From contig NC_082727.1 of the NCBI RefSeq assembly GCF_030144855.1, positions 41,974,001-42,038,000 on the forward strand: 64,000 nt of DNA. The letters are read 5' to 3'. Below, piece after piece: positions 48,541-62,462 of the stretch. The notes beneath the pieces were generated by a model. It saw only the letters and a list, made by a program, of their open reading frames with translations. It did no database searches and was not told the DNA's origin. Position 1 is the first letter of the stretch. Each line of letters starts with the position of its first letter. This stretch comes from Hypanus sabinus (lineage: Eukaryota). The position numbers and the translations under genes are program-made.

Positions 48541-49014
48541 GTTTTTGGGCATTTACATACTTCACAAGCTCAGAGCACACTCCCCCCCCCCCCCCACAGT
48601 GGGATTTCTAAATCGGGGTATATGGTACACCCTTTAATGTGGTGCCTGCAGTGTAGTATCCGAGAAATGGTTCTCTGCATTTTTCAGGACATTGAAATAG
48701 CATTGCTGTTTGTTAAACTAAGATAAAGAATGATAGTTTTATCTGTGAGGTCCACAATACAGAATGGAGTTGGCTTCACCGTGGAACAACATGCTGAAAC
48801 TGGCCTTGTCACAGTGCTCAGCGTTTCACACAGCAGGCGAGATTTCTGGGGCCAGCTCATAAAGGGACATACTGGAATACAGGCAGCTCACTTTCTGCTG
48901 CAGGGGTGTGCGTCAATGTTGTCGTGAAGCATGAGGGTGGGAGGATGCTGCACTCAGAGAGATTTGTAGGGGTATTGGGTAAAGCCTGCTGGGCCCTAGC
49001 CAGCTACTCCTGGC

Positions 49015-49360
49015 AGCAGAGTCAGAATCAGGGTCAGGTTTATTATTACTGACATGCTGTATGTTGTGAAATTTGTTGTTTTGTAGCAGCAGTGCAGTGC
49101 AACACATAAAAAATACAATAAAGTACAATAATAAATAAGTAGTGCAAAAAGAGCAAATAAGGTGAGGAAATGTTCATGGGTGCATGTTTTGTTAAGAAAT
49201 CTGATGGCGCAGAGGAAGAAGTTGTTCCTAAAACATTGAGTGTGTGTCTTCAGACTCCTGTATCTTCTTCCTGATGGTAGTAATGAGAAGACATGTCCTG
49301 GATGGTGTGGGCCCTTAGTAATGGATACCACCTTCTGAAGGTGTCCTCAATGGTGCAGAA
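49015..49360 (-). mobile_element. Rex/L2-type LINE 3' fragment
   Basis: PHHPGHVFSLLPSGRRYRSLKTHTQCFRNNFF...AIRFLN motif. Confidence 0.8.
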
Positions 49361-50689
49361 GCTAGAGGTATGTAACCAATAATCCTACTGCTTGGAAGTA
49401 TATAACGCAGGTAGATGCTCATGTCCACTCTACCTACCATGTCATGAAGGAAGAGTAGATAAAGTCTCCTTTTCTTCAAATCCAAGTGTGGATTGCATGA
49501 ATGCAGCAGTGAGTGTTAAACATTAAGATGTGGCAAACATCTGATCCTGATGCAAATAATAAATGGAGACAGTGACCATGGCCTCCAAGGGCAAGGCGGT
49601 CACGCAGAGTGTGAAGTTGTATTTAAAGACATACCATTTATTCACAGATCTCAATAACGACAAAGAATACAATATGAGTGATGGCACGGGGAAATGTGTT
49701 TAGTTAAAAAAATACAGCTGTTCTATGTGGGAATAAGCCCTGTCATTTTTCTGACCAATATGGTTGAAAATCTCACTGCAGATAAACTTTTCATGTTGGA
49801 CAAGATCTAGACGCGTGTTATTCTGGAAACAAAACCTTATCAGGAATGAAAATCTCACCAATTCATGAGGAGACCATTTTTCCTGCAGTTATTAAATGTG
49901 CACAAAATAATTGTCCTTTGGGTTAACCAAATTTTCAACTGCATAACGTTGTTTACTTCAGAGCAGCAGATTTCTAGTTTCAGAAGTTTTCATTTTCCTC
50001 TTCAACTTTAAGTGACCTACTTCTCATACAGATTGATCTGTCATTTTATTCTTTCCCAGTGGCTTGCTCTCAGCTACTGGCTTTGCTGTTTAACGTCCAC
50101 ATTTTTCTGCTCCTCTAACACCAGGGTGAAACGGGACTTCTGCTTGCTGCCCCGATCCTAACCTAAGTGGTGCAAATGATCATTAACTCAAAAGCTGCTG
50201 GTTCACCAAGGTAGTTGCTGTGACAGTAGAGTTGGTGTACCAGAGAGATGAATTTTAATATGCTTTAAAAAATTTCTTCTCTCATGACTGATTTTCTTTA
50301 TATTCTAGCAGAGAGGATGATGTTTTAAAATCTTAATGATTATGCAAGGACTGCAGTAATGGTTCTTTTCAATAATCAGCAACCCACTGTATAGTCCTTC
50401 AAGTGTCTCAGGATGATTGTAGCACATTGTATTTTGCTTGCAATCACAAGGTCTTGCTGGCGCCAGTGCTGTTGAAGGAAGGGAAGGACAATATCAAAAT
50501 CAGTAACCATGGAATGTATGATTTCAATGGTAAACCTACTCAATCTTAAGTAAGCATTTCACTTCTTATACCTTTTGCGAACAACCAAAAATACAAGTCA
50601 TATAAATTCTAACCACTACAACAGGCTGCCAAATAACTTTAGTACAAGTAACGTTAATGGTCTTGAAGAATGGCTATATAACTAACTGG

Positions 50690-51420
50690 GAAATTGGGAC
50701 TTGGGAGTTCTTGTGCGGAACACCCTAAAGGTTAACTTGCAGGTTGAGTCGGTGGTGAGGAAAGAAGATGCCATGTTGGCATTCGTTTCAAGAGGTCTAG
50801 AATACAAGAGTAGGATGTGATGCTGAGGCTTTATAAGGCACTGGTGAGACCTCACCTTGAGTACTGTGAAGAGTTTTGGGCTCCTCATCTTAGAAAAGAT
50901 GTGCTAGCATTGGAGAGGGTCCAGAGGAGGTTCATGAGGATGATTCCAGGAATGAAAGAGTTATCACATGAGGAATGTTTGATGGCTCTGGGTCTGTACT
51001 TGCTGGAATTAAGAAGGATGTGGAAATCTCATTGAAACCTTTTGAATGTTGAAAGGCCTAGACAGAGTAGATGTGGAAAGGATGTTTCCCATGGTGGGAG
51101 AGTCTAGGACAAGAGGGCCCAGCCTCAGGATTGAGGGACGCCCTGCCAAAACAGAGAGGCAGAGAAATTTCTTTCGCCAAAGGGTGGTCAATTTGTGGAA
51201 TTTGTTGCCACATACAGCTGTGGAGGTCAGGGCATTTGGTGTATTGAAGGAAGAGTTTGATAGGTTCTTGATTGAACGTGGCATCAAAGGTTATGGGGAG
51301 AAGGCCAGGAACTGGGGTTGAGGAGAGGGAAAATAGGATCAGCCATGATTGAATGGCAGAGCAGACTTGATGGGCTAGATGGTCTAATTCTGCTCCTATG
51401 TCTTATGGTCTTATGGCAAA
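50690..51420 (+). mobile_element. 5'-truncated CR1 LINE
   Basis: LYKALVRPHLEYC...RNFFRQRVVNLWN motifs and a (tcttatgg)n tail. Confidence 0.9.
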
Positions 51421-51994
51421 TGAACATTAACAGAAACATGGAAGACGTGACAATTTGCAAAATAAATAAGGAAGTTCATTATAAAAATGTTAAACATTAC
51501 ATTGAGAAACTAAATGATTTCTGAGTGCAACAAGAATTACTACAAGTTATGATTGAGTTAATACATAAGTAACAAAAGCAAGCCGAGCTCTGGGATTCAA
51601 TCCTAGATGGACGGAATTGTGAAACAGTAAAGTAATACTATTCGCGTTTAGTCCACACTCGATGTGACATCTGTAGTGCAGGTTGTCATATTATGTAAAA
51701 AAAAAAAGGAAGGGATGATAAAATGATTATATATGATGATAAAATAGCTGTGCTATTGTCCCTATTTTGAAAGGATGAGGTGGCTCGGTCCTGTTTCTTG
51801 GGGGGAAAAAAATGGTTGAAAAGTGATCAAGTGAAGCTCTTTAACACTGTGAAAGACTTCCGCAAAGAGAAGGAGTGAGGTTGCTTTCAGTTGTGAGGAA
51901 GAGCAAAATTTGAGACAATTTTTTACCAGCAAATTGCCAAAAGAATTAACCAACACATTTAGAAGGAACTTCTTTAGCAAAAGATTGATGAATA

Positions 51995-52270
51995 CAGTGC
52001 TTAGTAAAAGTATTTGGCCCCCAACCCATTGTTCACATATTATAACTAGAGATTTTGATAAATTTAATTGAGATTTTTTTTTTATTTGTGAAATACATGC
52101 TCCTTTTTTCACAGTAGAGCCCAAAAAGCAGGAAAATTATAAAGCATGAAAAACTGAAAATACAAAAACTGAAGTATTAACAGTTCAAAAGTATTCAACC
52201 CCCTTTGCTCAGTACTTAGTTGAACCATATCTTGCAGCTATTACAGCCAGTCATAATTTTAGATAAGTAC
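51995..52270 (+). mobile_element. Tc1-like transposon left end (IR/DR type)
   Basis: TA then cagtgcttagtaaaagtatttggcccc, with an inner direct repeat caaaagtattcaacccc at ~52186. Confidence 0.65.
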
Positions 52271-52274
52271 TGCT

Positions 52275-52865
52275 CGGGTTGAATAGCCCAATGCTGCAGA
52301 GGGCTGTAGACTCAGCTAGCGCTGTCACTGCGCAATCCTCCCCATCATCAAAGGCATCTTCAAGAGGCTGTGCTTCAAGAACGCAGCCTTAAAGACCCTC
52401 ACCATCAGGGTCATGCCCTCTTCTCATTACTACCATCAAGGAGAAGATACAGGAGCCTGAAGAACCACACTCAAACTTTTAAGAACCTTGTTCTCCCTTC
52501 TGCCATCAGATTTCTGAAAGGATCATACACTCATGAATACTACCTCATTACTCATCTTTTGCAGTATTTATTTTTAGAACTTGTATTTTTATTTACTGCT
52601 GCTTCAAAACAGTAAATTTCACATCATATGTCAATGATATTGATGCACCATCAATAACTCTCTCTGAGACGTAAAGGCGAGATATCGGCTTTTATTGACT
52701 GGAAGAAGGAACAAGCAGTGGGTGACCACCATACTACATCCTGAAGACTGAGAGGCCAGGCTCAGGCCTTGATCGCCTTAATACAGGGGTCTGTCAGCAG
52801 GGGGCATGTCCAGACAGGTATATGTAGTTCACCACAGATATTAAACCTGATTCTGATATTTCATA
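52275..52865 (+). mobile_element. Rex/L2-type LINE 3' fragment with a solo LTR in its tail
   Basis: LKDPHHQGHALFSLLPSRRRYRSL motif. The tail resumes after the LTR (gatattaaacctgattctga). Confidence 0.8.
52641..52836 (-). mobile_element. Solo LTR (family of 311-524) with perfect 5-bp TSD
   Basis: tgatgcacc...gttcaccaca. TSD gatat at 52636-52640 and 52837-52841. Confidence 0.9.
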
Positions 52866-53049
52866 CACATTATTATTACAAACAAACTAAAAGTGCAGTT
52901 TGCATCTTAATCTTAGATCCTTAGCACATTTTCTGTTTGTACCTCTATTACAATGGTCTGGAAACTGTGGTTATGCAACCAGATTTCAAATTTCAGTATT
53001 CATCAAAAAATATAACATTTGGTGTCAAACATTAAACAGCACAATGTAC

Positions 53050-53150
53050 GGATGAATGAACTCTTCTCAGGCTTCCAGCCAGGCACAGGTATCAATTTTA
53101 AATGACATTTCGATGACAAGTTCTTCTATGTTCATCAGGATCGGGAAAGC
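53050..53150 (-). mobile_element. Terminal fragment of a second Penelope-like family with a hammerhead-like core (53104-53138)
   Basis: Minus strand CTGATGA-acatagaagaacttgtcatc-GAAA-t-GTC. A related terminus lies at ~38305-38345. Confidence 0.55.
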
Positions 53151-53190
53151 ACCAAGATCCTTTTTTAGTGCAAGATGTCTTTCTGTTTTT

Positions 53191-56100
53191 TAAATTTTTA
53201 TTTATTTTTTTGTTCAGCTTAACAAAACTTTCAAATTCCAGATACATTTACATTTCTTCCCCTCACAGATATCAGCTATCAGAACACTTCCATCAAAATA
53301 TACACATCACCACAACATCCTATACAAAAACCCTTATTAGTATAGCAGACAAGTTTACATCTACATACTGCAGAAAAGGTTGCCATGTTTTATGAAAACT
53401 ATTTGTTTTTGAGTGTACCAGACATGTCAAAAAGTCCAAAAGAATGTATTCCATTATTAATTTACCCCAACCAAAAAGTCCAGGGGCCTTATCGGATATC
53501 CATCTTCTTCCTTGCACAAAAAGTCAGGATGTTAAAAAGCATTTTTCTGATGTACGTTAATAATAAGACTGCTGGGTAAGCCTAAGAGAAAAGACACTGG
53601 CTCACCATTTCAAGCTCCATCTTCAGAATCTTTTCCATTTCACCCAAAATATCACTCCAGTGTGCCTGAAGTTTGGGACAGTGGGTGGAAGTTCCAGTAT
53701 TTAGTTTACATTTAGAACACATTGGAGAAACCCCCATCTTAAATTCCAAGAGACGATCTGGAGTCAGATGGGCCCTATGCAGAATTTTGAGTGGCAATAC
53801 TTTAGTTCTATTACAAACTGAAATTTTCTTTGCGTTATCACAGATGTCTTCCCATGTTTCAGCTGTAATTTCTCCTCCCAGCTCTTCCTCCCAGACCCTT
53901 CCTAGCTACTCAGCCTCTCCACAAGAACATTCCCTCAGGATGCTGTAAAAAGTACTAATGGAGACTTTACCCTTAGAATAAAACACCCACTTTTCTATGT
54001 CAGAACTATAGAAATCAGTTAACAATAATGTTTTTTTCTGTATATAATCTCTTATCTGAAAGAAACGGAAATGATCCTTGTTGGGTATGTTAAATTTCTG
54101 TACTACTTGACTAAAAGACATCATCGTTCCTTCCTCAAACAAATTTCCTGGATGGAAAATATCTTTAGAAATCCAAAGTTTAAATCCAGAATCCATTATG
54201 CCAGGCTGAAAATCTGGACTGCCGGTTATTGGCGTGAAAGGTGATATTTTCGCTGTGTTGCCCTCAATTTGTTGCACCGCCCTCCAAGCTTGACTGTATT
54301 AATTGTTATTGGACTGCGACAATATTCCTTAAACTAGTTTCCTCTTATTGAGGAAAAGCAAATTAATAAGAGGGCATTTTGCTTGTGAAGCTTCAATGTC
54401 TAACCAAATTGAGGAGGAGTCCCTGCAAACCCAGTCAACCACATAAGATAAAAAGGACCTTAATTGATATTTTTTGATGTCTGGAAAATCCAGATGCCCT
54501 AGACTACTGGGAAGCTGTAACTTAGACATTTTATTACAGGGTCTTTTTTTTGTTCCAGATGAAAGAAACAAACCAGCTATTTATTTTTTTAAGTATGTGT
54601 TGGGTAAAAATGACTGGAATCATTCATATTGGGTAGAGCAGATGAGGAAGAATGTTCATTTTGAGGAAGGATATTCAGCCAAGCCAAGAAATGGGAAGAG
54701 TGCTCTATTGCTCAAGATCCTGTTTGATTTTGTCAAATAACTGTGTAAAGATGACTTTGAACAATTGACCAAACATAGGTGTGATAAATATGCCAAAGTA
54801 AACAAGACCTGTCTGCGACCATTTAAAGGGGGAAACACCCTGAGTGTTGGGTATCTGCTGCAGATTCCCCAGAGGCATAGCCACTGATTTAGTAAAGTTG
54901 ATTTTATAAGGGTTTGATAAGAAAATTAGAACATCATCCACATACAATGTAATTTTATGTGACTTTAATCCTATGTCTGGAGCAGATATTTTGGGGTCTT
55001 GTCGAATAGCCTCAGCCAATGCCTCGATCACTAGTGTGAAAAGTAGTGGTTCTAAACGGCGGTCCTGCCGGCTGCCCCTCAGAATACTAAAATTATCTGA
55101 CCTAATACCATTAGTGAGAATCGCAGCCAAAGGGTCATTATAAAGAACCTTCACCCACTTAATAAAATTATTGCCCAAACCAAATTGTTCTAAAGTGAAT
55201 AAAAGATATGGCTATTTGACACGATCAAAGGCCTTTTCTGCATCTAAGGAAACGAGCAAGTCGTCCACTGCCTGTTGCTGACATGCCTGAATCACATTAA
55301 GTAATCTTCTGATATTGTTAGATGATCTACGGCCTTTTACAAAACCTGTTTGATCCTCTTTTATGATAAAAGGTAACACAGTTACTAATCACAATGCCAA
55401 GGTTTTAGATAAGATTTTAAAGTCAACATTTAACAATGAAATAGGTCTGAGGGAGGCACAATATTCAGGGCTCTTTCTTAAGAATTAGGGAGATATTAAC
55501 TTCTCTCAATGATGGTGGGAGGAGACCATAATTAAATGCATGACTGAACATGTTTAGCATAGGTACTGATAATAACCCTGTGAACTCTTTATAGACTTTA
55601 CTAGTGAGTCCATCAGGACCAGGGGCCTTCTCACTTTGGAGCTGTCTCACAGCTTCCTGTATCTCATGTATAGATAACAGAGCATTGAGGAGAGACTCTT
55701 GTTCAGAAGAGATGCCTAGGAGATCTAAATTCCTGAAAAAGGACTCCATCCTAGATTGTCCACCATTGCATTGCTCATATTGATACAGTTTAGAATAAAA
55801 ATTCTTAAACACAACATTACTCATTTTAGAATTACTAGTGAGGGCTCCTGTCCCATCCCTAATTGAAACAATAGTCTGAGAGGCATTTTTCTTTCTAGCT
55901 AAATAAGCCAAATACCTACCTGGTTTTTCACCATGTTCAAACTGTCAATTTTCTTTTGGCTGCTTGTGTAAATAAAGAGTTTAGTGTACAGTGTAGGGCT
56001 GTGATATTCTGTAACTTGGCTGCAGAAGGCTTATTAATATAATCCTTTACAGCTGCCGCAAGGCTTGCTTCCACTAGGCGCGGCTGTTCCGCAGCTTGCC

Positions 56101-58440
56101 ACTTCTTACTAGCAGAGTAGGAGATAATTAATCCCCTTGCATAGGCCTTAGTGGTTTCCCAGAGCATCGATGGACTACTAGCTGATTTGGAATTAATAGG
56201 AACGTTTTGAATTTGAAAGTAGTCTATTAATTTATTATCTTTTAGAATAAAAGGATTCAGCCTCCAAAGTCTAGATCGTGCTGAATTATCTTTGGGCTTA
56301 ATATTTAAATATACTGCTGCATGATCAGAAATAACGATATTTCCAATTGTGTAGGATACAACTAAATCTAGGAGTGGTTTGGGGGTTAGAAAAAATGTCT
56401 ATTCTGGTGTAACATCTGTGTGGATTAGAAAAAAATGTGAAGTCTTTGTCTGAGGGATGTAACAACTTTCAGATATCCACAAGTCCTAGTTCTCCACATA
56501 AGCCCATGATTTGTTTGGACTGTGAGGAGAGCAATGGAGGACCACTAGGCACTCTGTCCATCAATGAGACAATTAAAATCCCCACCTACAATAATGTTTT
56601 GTATTGAAAAGCTTGTAAGTTTGGAAAAAGCATCTATTAGGAATTTAAAAGGATGAGCTGGAGGGCAGTAAACATTGGGAAATACCATATTCCTCTCCAG
56701 ATATTGAAGCCTTAACAATCACAAATCTCCCATACTTATCCTTAATGCAGTGTAATAACGTAAAAGGTAAGCTCTTCCTAATTAAAATGGCCACCCCCAC
56801 TACTCCTGGTATTAAAAGATGAGAAACAGACTTGATCAAATCTACTCTTAGATTTGCAGTCTTAGATGTTCTTTATCATTTAAATGTGTCTCCTGCAATA
56901 ATGCTATATCCAAACCTTTCCTTTTTCAGGTTTAGTAGGATTTTCTTTCTCTTGATTGGTGAATGACTCCCCTTAATGTTCCAAGTGCACAATTTTAATA
57001 TATTACTGGTCATAACCCTTTATAACAATCATGTGACTCTGGAGGAGAAGAAACCTGACTTAAGATCAGCTGAGCAGCAATAAGTAAATTTAACAAAACA
57101 CACAAAAAAAGAACAAAGCGCCAACAGCGCTGAACAAGAGGACTTACCCCACACTTAAAGGGGATATCTGAACCTTCTAGCACCCCATATTCTGCCCCAC
57201 TGCCAATATGGCATTTAACATAGTCAAAAATGAAAATGGCATAATTTATCAATCCACTAATTTGTTACCGTCATGTTTAAACTCCTTCAGGCTGGAGCAG
57301 CACCGCTAATTTAAACAAATGATGAAACTGGATTAATCAAAATAAACATGTTACCCATCCTATAAGATATCTTACCATCGAGTAGTGAAAAGGTAAAATA
57401 AACTGACCATCGAGCATGTTATCATCCCTAACCGGGGCTACACAATATACGGTATACATTTTTAGCCCAACGTGTCCACAAAAGTTTTAGCTTTGCCAGG
57501 AGAATCAATTATCTTGGTGGTCCCGTTATAGGTGATTTTCAGTGCCGCTGGGTATAACATAAAGTACTGGATTCCGGATTCTCTCAGCCGCTTCTTTACC
57601 TGGTTGAATTCCTTGCGCTTCTGAATAACAGCTGCTGAAAAATCTTGAAAAAACATAAGCCTGGATCCCTCATATAATAAAGCCTGGGCATTAGTCCCGT
57701 AGCATCTCGAAGCCTCCATCACTCTTTGCTTATTGCTGAAATTATGGAACCGCACGAGGACGGGTCGAGGGCATTGGCCTGGGCCCAGTTTTGGCGCCAG
57801 CATACAGTGAGCTGTTTCCACTTTAATGCGTCCAGCCTTGGTTTCCAAATCAAGGAAATTAGGCAGCCATCCCTCAAAAAACTTCGCCAGCTGGCTGCCT
57901 ACTTTACCTTCAGGTAGACTGATGATCCGTATGTTCTTCCTCCTGCCTCTGTTCTCAAGATCATCGATATCGTCAGACAGGCTTTGGGCTTGAGCAGCTA
58001 CTGTCCCTACCGCGGAAACTTGGCCCTTGGCCTCGGTCATTCTTGTATCAAGATTTTTAAGCTCCAATGCGTGGTTTTGGAGTACTAGAGAGAGTGGAGC
58101 CAGCTTCTTGTCCATCATTTTGGATATGTTCTCCATAAATTCCTGAATTACTTGACGAAAAGCAGGGTCCAACGTGTTAGCAGAGCTAGCAGCAGCGAGC
58201 TCCTCAGCTTCGGGCGAGCGCTCTCAGCAATCCATCTTGGCCGGCTTTTTAGTACTTTTTGATGGCTTGGTGTTGAAGCAGCTCAAAGAAATACTCATCA
58301 ATGTTCATGTTATTAAATCCAGCAATTGGGCATTTTAATAAAAGGTTGAAACAGATAGGTTTATATGTGAAATTATCAGCGTTGCCGTGCAGAGCTCAGC
58401 AAAGCAGACCTTTCACTGTGTCACCATCTTGAAAACCCGA
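53191..58440 (-). mobile_element. Full-length (5.25 kb) decayed L1 LINE with 13-bp TSD
   Basis: TSD tctttctgttttt at 53178-53190 and 58441-58453, at a TT/AAAA site on the minus strand. A-rich tail. ORF1 present. ORF2 fragments: EN GVAILI...DKYGRFVIV, RT KAPGPDG, RGSRQ and ITLYVDD, and C-terminal CSKC. Many frameshifts. Confidence 0.92.
57462..58172 (-). CDS. L1 ORF1 protein (coiled coil plus RRM-like), N-terminal part disrupted
   Basis: DDLENRGRRKNIRIISLPEG, PRPVLVRF and FFQDFSAAVIQKRKEF are characteristic L1 ORF1 motifs. Confidence 0.85.
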   Translation of the reverse strand: MDPAFRQVIQEFMENISKMMDKKLAPLSLVLQNHALELKNLDTRMTEAKGQVSAVGTVAAQAQSLSDDIDDLENRGRRKNIRIISLPEGKVGSQLAKFFEGWLPNFLDLETKAGRIKVETAHCMLAPKLGPGQCPRPVLVRFHNFSNKQRVMEASRCYGTNAQALLYEGSRLMFFQDFSAAVIQKRKEFNQVKKRLRESGIQYFMLYPAALKITYNGTTKIIDSPGKAKTFVDTLG

Positions 58441-61229
58441 TCTTTCTGTTTTTAATCTAACTGTGTGTATTGCAGAAGCATAAGGAAACAAAAGTAGACA
58501 TGGAGTTTTATTTTTGTTCACAAATATAGTCCCAGACCGTATGATCTTCCCAAGCCTCTCTTCTTGTGTAATGTTTTCGCACCTGTGCTTTGGTTTCTCC
58601 ACCCTTGCTGGTACTCAAGATTAGTCATTACCATGTTTCACTATGCTGCAGTGTCTAAAACTGTCTTTGTGGTCAACAATGCAACAGTCATCAGGCTTGA
58701 CTTAAAATGTCTTTTTGATCTCTTTTCAAACCCTGGTCACTTCTTCCTTGCAGTTGATGTGCTAATGCACTTGCAGGTTCTTTTCTAACTGTATGTCATA
58801 GCAGGAACATGATGAATCAGAAAGAGATGTGGAGGACTGCTGAAACACTTGCATCTTGTTTATTCCAGCCTCTCCAACTACATTGCAAATATAGAGACTG
58901 GAGCTGTAGATATAAATGGTATAAATTCAGCAGGGCAAAGAATTTCTTGATAGAATCTTATGGAACAAAAAACAATCAAGCTGCTGTTAGAACTCAGCAG
59001 GTCAAGTAGCAAAATTCTGGTCCTCATCTCGAGAGCATCAGGGCTGAGAGTATAGGGAGCAAAAGCTAGTATATATATAGAAGTGAGAAGGAGGCGCAAT
59101 CAGAGGCTGCCATCCCAAGTATAGTATATTGTAAACTATTAAGCACAAACTTAACACCGAATGATTAGTTACAGTTTCAACTGCAGAATGGGCAAATAGA
59201 TCCATAGAATTAAATATTCACAATAAGTAGAAATGCCTCTGCATTTTCAGGCATCTTTGCTGGGAATGCGGTATATCCTGTATTTACCACTGTACTGAGT
59301 GATGGCTCTCTCTGCAGACAAGGGCCTGGATTAGTTCATCTACCCTTTGTCCTTCATTGAAGACTAGTTTCTGTTTGTAATAGTGGTACTATCCATATAA
59401 TTCCTCACTAAAACTGGCATCCAGCCAAACAAGCCTCATACAGTTGGTCAAAGAAAAGAGTAATTTCTTGATTCTATTAATATACAATATATTCTAACCT
59501 CTAGTTATTTCACTATGCATTTAGAATGTGGCAAGAGCAGTTGTACTCTGCATATTCTAATTTACTTGGACATTTTTTAAAATATCCAAGGGGATTCCCA
59601 AATATTCAGGGGAACTGGACAGTGCAATAGAAGTGAGTCCATGTGCCATAAATTAAGCAGAGCGGATTACTCACTCTAAGATTTATTTTAAATTTCAAAG
59701 GTTAACTTTATTTTATTGAAAATACATACAAGAAGTACAAAACAGTACTTGCCTTTCATTATATACACATTGTTGTCCAACTATCTGTTCCTAGTTTTGT
59801 TAAGTCAATACATTTGCAGTGTCATTGTTAATACATTCTATGTGACATAGTGTGAACAAAGTCATAGGAGAATACAGCTGGTAGATATGAAGTAATCTTT
59901 TATTTGACAAAATGAGACCTTTTCGGAGGAAGAGGCCAGTTTGACCCAATATTACATGATATTTCATATGCAAAAGATCAAAGGATAATTCTATATTTAC
60001 AATGTATCTACAGTGCTTCCTTTGAATTACATATAACTTCCACGCCTCCTTCTTCACACCCACAATCCAGGTGCCTAAAATAAATGTTATCATTGACTGA
60101 TTTTCTAATTAACTGCTCTTCACAGCTCTAGGAAACTATTGTCTGGGGCTGCATTTTAAATGTAATATACAGTCCATGTTCAGGTCTAAAGATTGGTTGC
60201 TGAAGTTAATATTTTGCTATACACCCCTGCCAGTCCAAAATATGTCCTAACACAATGTACTAAGCACAAATACCATTCAAACAGCCGCTTGAACAATATA
60301 CAGTTTGGCTTTGTAGGGCTTTTACACAGGACCTAACCGTTCAGTATCTAGTGGAGATGGGACCTTAGTCTGCAGTCCTTTCCCACAAAGCCATTGCGTT
60401 GTCTGCTTAAAGTTTCTCCCTTAGGCCATACTTGTGCAGCTTGCAACAACATTCAACCTACTCCAGGAGTATAACTGCTTTGCCCAGGTCAAATAGGATC
60501 TGACATCTAATGGCATATTGTACCTGTTATATCATGGCCTGACCACTGTGCAGTGAGGTTGAAATCACATCAGAAGCAAGTTTTCAGTCATCACTTTTCT
60601 TTAGATTTTCTCTAGGCTTTGCTTTTTGGGTGAATTTTCTGCTTATCAAGGTAAAGTTGAGAATTTACATTCCCATTTCCCATGCCAGGAATCTTTACAT
60701 GCTTTCTGAAGTAGACAGCCAATTAGTCCTGAAATACAAGCAGATTTTGCAGTAAATTCAGGCCTGTTAAGAAATGAATGCAGGCTTTTCAAAGTGGCTT
60801 CACTTAGGGACCTCACAGTTGTCAGAAAAAGGAGAATTTTATTGCTTGAGTTTGTGTGTTAGAATGGAGCCCAGGTCCCAAGTGCGAAAAAATTATTCAG
60901 CATGGCAATGGACACTTTTTCAACATGAGAGCCCTAGTACTGGTAGGCAATTGTTTTAGTATTAGCCTTTGTTCCATTTTTAGACAAGTAAATATGAAAG
61001 CCAGTTTAGTTCTACATTGTGTTCACTCTAAGCAGCAAAGTTCCAGTTGGCCGTGGTCTTCATCAAAAGCACATTGTTCACGGAATCAGGAAGGAGCTAT
61101 ATTGTATTTCTTTGTCCTACTGTGAATGCGTGCAAGAAAATTAATCTCAGGTTAGTATATGGTGAAATATAAGTAATATATTTGAATAATAAATTTACTT
61201 TGAACTTTGAACTAACATCAGGGAAGAGA

Positions 61230-61680
61230 TATTGGATCCTCTGTTCCCACACTATGGGGTCCAGGAACAGTTATTACCCTTCAATTATCAGGCTCCTGAA
61301 CCAGCATGGATAAGTTCATCTACCTTAACACGGAACTGATTCCACAACCTATGGACTCACTTTCAAGGACTGTACAACTCATGTTCTCAGTATTAATTAT
61401 TTATACTATTAGTTGTTTTGCCTTTGTATTTGTGCATTTTTTACACCAAACATACAGTGAAATGTATGTGAAATGGAATATGCTGAGACAGCAGCAAGTG
61501 TCACCACATTTCTGGCACCAACATAGCATATCCACAACTCTCTAACCCTAATTGTATGCCTTTGGAATGTTGGAAGAAACCAGCTCACCCAGAGGAAACC
61601 CGCATGGTCATGGGGAAAGCATACAAACTTCTTACAGACAGCGGTAGGTATCGAATCCCGATTGGTGATAATTGGCACTG
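61230..61680. mobile_element. LINE 3' tail (+) followed by a tRNA-derived SINE (-)
   Basis: ggaacagttattacccttcaattatcaggctcctgaacc tail, then the SINE reverse complement aaacccgcatggtcatggggaaagcatacaaact. Confidence 0.65.
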
Positions 61681-62462
61681 TAAAGCACCCATCAAAGGAA
61701 ATTAGTCGGTCTTTTGAAATAAATATAAAGCAGCTTTACTCAATTACTGGGTGTATAGAAATATTTCAAGTTCCCATAAAAGATCAATGGGCAAGTAGGA
61801 AAAAGACAAAAGAAAATATCAAGTACAAATTGCTACTGAGTGTGCTGGTTACTTTGTTTCCTGGTTCAGCAAAGTTAGAAAATGATTTGCCCTGGCACAA
61901 TCTTGTCAGCACAGATTAGAAATCGATACTGGAGTGACAACAGGTCATCTGGCTTTTGAAGCACTAACTTTGGATCATTTCAGAACTAGAATCAGAGTCA
62001 GGTTTAATATCACTGAATTGTGTCATGAAATTTGTTGTTTTGCAACAGCTGTACATTGCGATACATAATAATAGAACTAAAAATTACGATAAATATACAC
62101 ATGTATATAAATAATCCAACAGGAGAGCAAAATAAAAAAAATGCCAGTTATCTTCTGCTTAATTGGCAAGTGAATCACCTCCCTGTGAGTACTTATCCTG
62201 CTGAACTATTTTGCATTGAATTAAATTAGTTGCAAGGTTAAGCAGGTCCTGTGGATTGATGATCCTGTTCCACATGGGTTTGTCAGAGTTTCTCTCCTTC
62301 GGCTGAGCTAGGAGAGATCCAGCCCTTCCCCACACCTCCACGCACCCACCGACCCGGTCTCCTTGATTTGGGAATAGTAATAATCACTTTATCCTGATTG
62401 AAAATGTGTAGGGTTTGCTTTTCTATATCAAGCAATGTGATAAAAAGTATAAAGAGTGAAGA

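Noticed and set aside
59690-60430. Possible L1/Tx1 3' remnant on the minus strand behind a T-rich tract
   Set aside because: I could not read convincing RT or zinc-knuckle motifs.
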